A stretch of 64,000 nucleotides of DNA from Kordiimonadaceae bacterium (GTDB lineage: Bacteria; Pseudomonadota; Alphaproteobacteria; Sphingomonadales; Emcibacteraceae). The position numbers and the translations under genes were made by a program. The stretch's first letter is position 1; each line of letters opens with the position of its first letter. A model generated the notes under the pieces. It ran no database searches and had not been told where the DNA came from. It worked only from the letters and a program-made list of their open reading frames with translations. The stretch is from positions 34,339 through 98,338 of the forward strand of contig JABGYD010000057.1 in the NCBI GenBank assembly GCA_018675425.1, given 5' to 3'. This document shows positions 58,892 through 64,000 of this stretch, piece after piece.

Positions 58892-59755
58892 ATGAATGGG
58901 TTTAGAAAGCGTTTGACAATCTCTTTCTTTATTTTAGCCTCAATCTCTTTTCTCATTTTTGGCCGTAGCCAAAATACTCTAATTGAACAAATACGAGCAT
59001 ATGTCTTCGATCTCTTTATTCCAATAATTACTCTTGTTGATATTCCTCGCGATGCAACCTCGAACCTTTCAGACCGGGTTCGAAATATTGCAATGGTTTT
59101 TTCTGATAACCGCTTTCTGCGTGAAGAAAACATAGAACTAAAGAGAAAATTAATAGAATCGACAGAACTAGAAATTGATAATTTTCGTCTTAAGAGCCTC
59201 CTTAATATAAAGAATGGTACCCTTAACACAGTAACGGCTTCACGAATTGTATCCGATAGTAACAGTCCATTTTTTAGAAGTATGTTAATTAATAGTGGCA
59301 CACAGGCTAATGTTAAAAAAGGTCATGCCGTGGTCAATGAAGAAGGTGTTATTGGGAGAATAATTAACGTTGCTGTTAACTCCTCTCGTGTTTTGCTTCT
59401 TAATGACATTAATAGCCGCATACCAGTTAAGTTTGTTAAAAATGGTATAAATGTTATTTTAGCAGGAAATAACTCAAGGTTCCTTGGTATTAACTTTATG
59501 CCTGAAGATGTGAAGGCTGTTAATGGTGATTTGATACTTACATCAGGTATGGGGGGCGTTTTCCCTCCTGATCTGCCAGTTGGTGTTGTAGTTAATGTTT
59601 TAGCTACTGGCGAAATAAAAATTGAACCTGCCGTCAACTTTGATAGGTTAAATTATGTCAGTGTTATTGATTATGAAATTGCCAACTTTTCAGAACTTAG
59701 CGAGGGGCAGATGGAAAATAATAAACCATCACGGCTTGAAAGATCAAAGCAATGA
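58892..59755 (+). CDS. mreC: Rod-shape-determining protein MreC
   Basis: N-terminal TM segment, a coiled coil (LREENIELKRKL), a beta-barrel domain (GVIGRI; SGMGGVFPPDLPVG), and its position after mreB. Confidence 0.85.
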   Translation: MNGFRKRLTISFFILASISFLIFGRSQNTLIEQIRAYVFDLFIPIITLVDIPRDATSNLSDRVRNIAMVFSDNRFLREENIELKRKLIESTELEIDNFRLKSLLNIKNGTLNTVTASRIVSDSNSPFFRSMLINSGTQANVKKGHAVVNEEGVIGRIINVAVNSSRVLLLNDINSRIPVKFVKNGINVILAGNNSRFLGINFMPEDVKAVNGDLILTSGMGGVFPPDLPVGVVVNVLATGEIKIEPAVNFDRLNYVSVIDYEIANFSELSEGQMENNKPSRLERSKQ

Positions 59756-60252
59756 ATATTTTGCATAAAGGAAAAAGTTCATTTGGGATAAAAAAAATAC
59801 TACCATTTATTACAGTTTTATTTCTTATTATTATTATGGTTTTGCCTTATCAATATAAAATAATAGCTAATACAATGCCTTTTCTAACATTGATTGGTAT
59901 TTATTATTGGAGTTTTTTTAAACCAAATTTATTACCTATCGGCGCAGTTTTTGTCCTTGGGTTGTTACAAGACACGCTGCTTGGTAGTCCGTTTGGTTTA
60001 ATGTCTTTACTTCTTATTGTTGCACAGCAATTTATATTTTTTCAGAGCCGACATTTTTTAGAAAAAAATTTTATTTTTAATTTCTTTATTTATATTATGT
60101 TAGTGATTGGCTTTGGCTTTCTATCGTGGGGTATAACTTCTTTATATTTTGGGGTATTCCTTGACTATTGGAAAGTTATTATACAAATATTGTTAACCAT
60201 CGCTCTTTATCCTATTATTAAATTAACTTTGAGTTTAAACAATAAAAGCTAG
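59752..60252 (+). CDS. mreD: Rod-shape-determining protein MreD
   Basis: 166 aa, about 5 TM segments, 4-nt overlap with mreC, and the canonical position. Confidence 0.75.
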   Translation: MNILHKGKSSFGIKKILPFITVLFLIIIMVLPYQYKIIANTMPFLTLIGIYYWSFFKPNLLPIGAVFVLGLLQDTLLGSPFGLMSLLLIVAQQFIFFQSRHFLEKNFIFNFFIYIMLVIGFGFLSWGITSLYFGVFLDYWKVIIQILLTIALYPIIKLTLSLNNKS

Positions 60253-60257
60253 GCTAG

Positions 60258-62102
60258 ATGCAACCTTCGGATAAAAATAAGCTTAAGATTTATACGCGCA
60301 GAGCGACCTTGCTTTCCGGCGGTATGATGCTATTGTCCGCCGCGCTAATTGGTCGTATGTATTATCTTCAGGTAACTAACCGCAGTCAGTATGAACTTCT
60401 CGCAGAACAAAACCGGATTAGTATGCGTCTTCTTACACCCAAAAGGGGCGAAATAATAGATCGTTACGGCCGTCCTTTGGCAACTAGCATTACTGACTAT
60501 AGAGTAAATGTGATACCGGAAGAAACTGAATCTCTCCAGAAAACATTAAAGGCCCTTAGTCAGTATATCCACATCTCTGCCCGTGAGAATGACCGTATTG
60601 TCAAAGCGGCTAAAAGACAGCGATCCTTTCTTCCTATAAGTGTGGCTAATAACTTAGATTGGAAAACATTTTCCAAGATAAATGTCAATATGCCCGAGCT
60701 TGCCGGTATCCAACCGGATATGGGTACAACTCGCTATTATCCCCAGAAAGAACTAGCCGCACACCTTGTTGGGTATGTTGGGTCTGTGAATAAAGAAGAA
60801 CTTAATGGTGATCCTCTCTTAGAATCACCAGAATTTAAAATTGGGAAAAATGGTATAGAAAAAGTTTTTGATGAAAAACTTCGAGGTAAGGCTGGAAACA
60901 GTAAAGTTGAGGTAAATGTTCTTGGCCGGGTGATAAGGGAATTATCGCGCCAAGATAGCATACCTGGCGATACATCACGCCTGACCATAGACATTGATTT
61001 GCAAAAATTTGTTGCAAATCGTGTTCGAGATGAAAGTGCTGGTATTGTTGTTATGAATGTACACACGGGTGAAATTCTTTCTATTGCCTCCACGCCTTCA
61101 TTTGATCCTAATGATTTTAACAATGGTATTAGTCAAAAAAAATGGGATAGTTTACGCGGAGATATAAGAAAACCACTTTTAAATAAAGCAGTCTCTGGAC
61201 AATACTCACCTGGATCAACTTTTAAAATGATCGTTGCGCTTGCTGCACTCGAAGCAGGAATTATAGAAGCCGATGAAGAAAAAAATTGTAGTTCTGAATT
61301 TAAAATTGGCAATCGAGTTGCTCACTGCTGGAATAAAAACGGTCATGGTAATATTAATGTTGTCCAGGCTCTAGCGCAGTCTTGTGACGTTTTTTTCTAC
61401 GATTTAGCCCTTGAAGTAGGTATTGATAAAATTCATTCTATGGCTGCTAGGTTTGGTATTGGCAATCGCTTTAACATAGGTATTATGAGCGAAGCTCGCG
61501 GCATAAATCCAAATAATGACTGGAAAATAGGCTCCCAAGGTTCTCGGTGGCAGGGCGGGGATACAATTAATGTCGGAATTGGGCAGGGCTTTGTTTCTAC
61601 TACGGCATTGCAGTTAGCTGTTATGTGCTCGCGCCTTGTTAATGGCGGTAAGGCAGTGAAGCCAAAAATATTCTTAGAAAAAGATGCAGTTATTAATACA
61701 CCTGAAGACATTGGCATACTTCCTGAGAATTTACGGATTGTTCTTCAAGGTATGGATGATGTTTATAATAATCCCCGCGGTACGGCGTTTCCCTTTAGAT
61801 CGAGATCTAAAGACTATAAAATTGGAGGAAAAACTGGAACTACTCAGGTGACTGGTATCAGCATTGCCGAGCGTAAAGCTGGTGTTATTAAAAACGATAA
61901 AAAAGAATGGATTGAACGTGACCACGCTATTTTTGTGGGATTTGGGCCTTTAGTCGCTCCTAAATATGCAATATCCGTTTTGGTGGAACATGGTGGCGGT
62001 GGATCAACGACAGCATCGCCAATTGCCCGAGATATTTTGGAGTATATTCTTGATCAAAAATCAAATGATAAAATTAAGGTTGATCAGGAGTATTTGGTCT
62101 AA
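60258..62102 (+). CDS. mrdA: Penicillin-binding protein 2 (elongasome transpeptidase)
   Basis: RG.I.DR.G..LA, the SPGSTFK (SxxK) active site, and KTGT near the C-terminus. Confidence 0.92.
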   Translation: MQPSDKNKLKIYTRRATLLSGGMMLLSAALIGRMYYLQVTNRSQYELLAEQNRISMRLLTPKRGEIIDRYGRPLATSITDYRVNVIPEETESLQKTLKALSQYIHISARENDRIVKAAKRQRSFLPISVANNLDWKTFSKINVNMPELAGIQPDMGTTRYYPQKELAAHLVGYVGSVNKEELNGDPLLESPEFKIGKNGIEKVFDEKLRGKAGNSKVEVNVLGRVIRELSRQDSIPGDTSRLTIDIDLQKFVANRVRDESAGIVVMNVHTGEILSIASTPSFDPNDFNNGISQKKWDSLRGDIRKPLLNKAVSGQYSPGSTFKMIVALAALEAGIIEADEEKNCSSEFKIGNRVAHCWNKNGHGNINVVQALAQSCDVFFYDLALEVGIDKIHSMAARFGIGNRFNIGIMSEARGINPNNDWKIGSQGSRWQGGDTINVGIGQGFVSTTALQLAVMCSRLVNGGKAVKPKIFLEKDAVINTPEDIGILPENLRIVLQGMDDVYNNPRGTAFPFRSRSKDYKIGGKTGTTQVTGISIAERKAGVIKNDKKEWIERDHAIFVGFGPLVAPKYAISVLVEHGGGGSTTASPIARDILEYILDQKSNDKIKVDQEYLV

Positions 62103-63250
62103 TGCCGATAGATTCCCGCATAGGGGAACATAAACAAAAATCGATTCGAAAAAAACTTTATGACCTTAATTGGTTCATAGTTTTTATTATTGTTTGTGTA
62201 GCCTGTATAGGTTTTTCAATGCTTTATTCTGTTGCAGGTGGCAATATTGATCCGTGGGCAAAAAGCCAATTTATTAGGTTTTTTATTGGTTTAACCGCCA
62301 TGGTAATAATTGCGATTATTGATGTGCGTGTCTGGATGTTCCTTGCTTACCCTTTTTATATTTTTGCACTAAGTATGTTGGTGGTCGTAGATGTTATAGG
62401 TGTTAAGGGGAATGGTTCTCAACGGTGGCTTGATCTTGGATTTATTAATTTACAGCCATCAGAATTGATGAAAATAGCACTTGTGATGGCCTTGGCGCGT
62501 TGTTTCCATTGCTTGTCTGATGATGATACCCTTAAATTAAAAAACTTAATTAAGCCGATTATTTTAATTATTCTGCCAGTAGTGTTGGTTTATCGTCAAC
62601 CAGACCTGGGAACGACAATACTGATTGCCATCGGTGGGATCACACTTCTTTTCGCTGCTGGTGTTCGTTTATGGATCTTTGTCGCGAGTGCCGTAGCTTT
62701 AATTCCAGCGACGATTGGGTTCTGGCAATTTTTAAAGCCATATCAGAAGCAGCGCATACTCACCTTTCTTGATCCGGAAAAAGATCCACTTGGTGCTGGT
62801 TATCATATTATTCAATCAAAAATTGCTCTTGGTTCTGGAGGTATTTATGGTAAGGGATTTATTCAAGGTACGCAGAGCCAACTCAACTTTCTACCTGAAA
62901 AACATACAGATTTTATATTTACAGTTATTGCTGAAGAGCTTGGTCTGATCGGCGGACTTGTTCTTCTTTTACTATACTTAATTCTTTTGGGTTATGCGAT
63001 GCTCATAAGTATCTCAGTTAAAAGTCAGTTTGGAAGGCTCTTGGTTTTAGGTATGGCAACAACCTTCTTTCTTTATATGTTCATTAATATTGCCATGGTC
63101 ATGGGCCTTTTACCCGTGGTGGGTGTCCCATTACCACTTGTTTCTTATGGTGGTTCCGCCATGCTCACGCTATTAGTGGGCTTTGGATTTATTTTTAGTG
63201 CCTCTATTCATAAGGAAACCTATATCCCGCGTGGTGGATCTTTTGCTTAA
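62102..63250 (+). CDS. rodA: SEDS-family peptidoglycan glycosyltransferase RodA
   Basis: 10-TM protein with QPSELMK, RQPDLGT, and PEKHTDFIF..AEELG. Confidence 0.92.
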   Translation: MPIDSRIGEHKQKSIRKKLYDLNWFIVFIIVCVACIGFSMLYSVAGGNIDPWAKSQFIRFFIGLTAMVIIAIIDVRVWMFLAYPFYIFALSMLVVVDVIGVKGNGSQRWLDLGFINLQPSELMKIALVMALARCFHCLSDDDTLKLKNLIKPIILIILPVVLVYRQPDLGTTILIAIGGITLLFAAGVRLWIFVASAVALIPATIGFWQFLKPYQKQRILTFLDPEKDPLGAGYHIIQSKIALGSGGIYGKGFIQGTQSQLNFLPEKHTDFIFTVIAEELGLIGGLVLLLLYLILLGYAMLISISVKSQFGRLLVLGMATTFFLYMFINIAMVMGLLPVVGVPLPLVSYGGSAMLTLLVGFGFIFSASIHKETYIPRGGSFA

Positions 63251-63282
63251 ATAAATAATAGGGTTTTTAAAATATTAAAAAC

Positions 63283-63849
63283 CTACTTTTTATATTTGTG
63301 ACAACTTACAAGATGGTTGTTAATGATACCGACAGCTTCCATGAAGGCGTAACATATTGTCGGGCCACAAAAGCCAAAACCATACTTCTTTAATGCTTTA
63401 CTCATAGCTTCTGATTCTTGGGACTGGGTTGGTACTTCTTCTATTGAATAAAATTTATTTTTTTGAATTTTTCCATCTGTAAAACTCCAAATAAATTCAC
63501 TAAAATTACCAGGTTTTTTTACTTCTATTTCTAAATATAGTTTTGCATTTTTAATTGTAGAAAGGATTTTTATACGATTGCGAATAATACCCTTATCACT
63601 CAAAAGACGTTTAATTTCTTTGTCGCCATAACAAGCAACAATAGCAGGGTTGAACTCATTAAAAGCCTTAATAAAACCTTCTCGCCTTTTAAGTATAGTG
63701 ATCCATGACAAGCCAGCTTGAAAACCATCGAGTATTAGTTTTTCCCATAGGGCTCTGCTGTCATAAATTGGCTTGCCCCATTCATTATCATGGTAATCCA
63801 TATAAATAGGATCAGTCCCGCACCAGTCACATCTTATTTTATTAGTCAT
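63283..63849 (-). CDS. tag: DNA-3-methyladenine glycosylase I
   Basis: MTNKIRCDWCGTDPIYMDYHDNEWG..., FQAGLSW, and C-terminal H..C zinc ligands. I trimmed the start to the ATG at 63849. Confidence 0.88.
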   Translation of the reverse strand: MTNKIRCDWCGTDPIYMDYHDNEWGKPIYDSRALWEKLILDGFQAGLSWITILKRREGFIKAFNEFNPAIVACYGDKEIKRLLSDKGIIRNRIKILSTIKNAKLYLEIEVKKPGNFSEFIWSFTDGKIQKNKFYSIEEVPTQSQESEAMSKALKKYGFGFCGPTICYAFMEAVGIINNHLVSCHKYKK

Positions 63850-64000
63850 TTGTATTTTCTGCATAAAAATCGGGCACATAAGGTTTTAGCTTTATATTAC
63901 AACAATCATACGATTGACCAAATTCCATTTTTTCTAGTCGAAATATTGCAAGAGCACTACTTTTATGATGTGACCTTAAATTACCAATTTTTTGACCTAA
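63842..64000 (-). CDS. C-terminal 52 codons of an upstream gene (runs off the window end); possibly a YgfZ/GcvT-like folate-binding protein
   Basis: Open frame from base 64000 down to the TAA at 63844-63842: LGQKIGNLRSHHKSSALAIFRLEKMEFGQSYDCCNIKLKPYVPDFYAENTND*. The stop overlaps the tag start (ATGACTAA). The family call rests on weak resemblance only. Confidence 0.3.
   Translation of the reverse strand, partial: LGQKIGNLRSHHKSSALAIFRLEKMEFGQSYDCCNIKLKPYVPDFYAENTND

Overview
Gene-dense chromosomal segment with about 60 protein genes, one tRNA and one riboswitch. It looks AT-rich by eye (GC not computed). I infer an alphaproteobacterial origin from synteny: aroA-cmk-rpsA-ihfB-lapA-pyrF-trpFBA-accD-folC, ispH-thrB-rnhA, plant-type gshA, metZ-apaG, and a TIGR02300-type zinc-ribbon gene. 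Most of the window is core housekeeping: gcvTHP behind a tandem glycine riboswitch, Trp, shikimate, Leu, Arg and folate/thiamine genes, and mreBCD-mrdA-rodA. From tRNA-Ala(GGC) at about 34.1 kb to about 50.6 kb the content looks more accessory. That stretch holds a Tat-exported PhoX-like protein, a decayed HlyD-type gene remnant, metY plus a YeeE-type sulfur transporter, a secreted FG-GAP/UnbV protein, GGT, a galMKT cluster with a divergent SGLT-type symporter, a crotonase, an exported M20 peptidase and an ArsS-like Cys-rich radical SAM enzyme. I found no CRISPR array, no intact mobile element, no recognisable defence system, and no compelling multi-gene novel system. The most unusual points are listed here. 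(1) A lysine/alanine/proline-rich tail on ribosomal protein S1, encoded by near-identical 54-bp tandem repeats. (2) An 11-bp direct repeat bracketing the PhoX-like gene, next to a frameshifted HlyD C-terminal remnant. (3) The orphan ArsS-like radical SAM gene. (4) Candidate cis-regulatory elements: a leuA leader peptide plus terminator, a TonB-receptor leader hairpin, a perfect 18-bp palindrome upstream of ihfB, and a 21-bp tandem duplication forming the PhoX-like promoter region. I recognised no classical helix-turn-helix regulator gene in 64 kb. All functional calls come from reading the translations for family motifs and from synteny. No database search was run.
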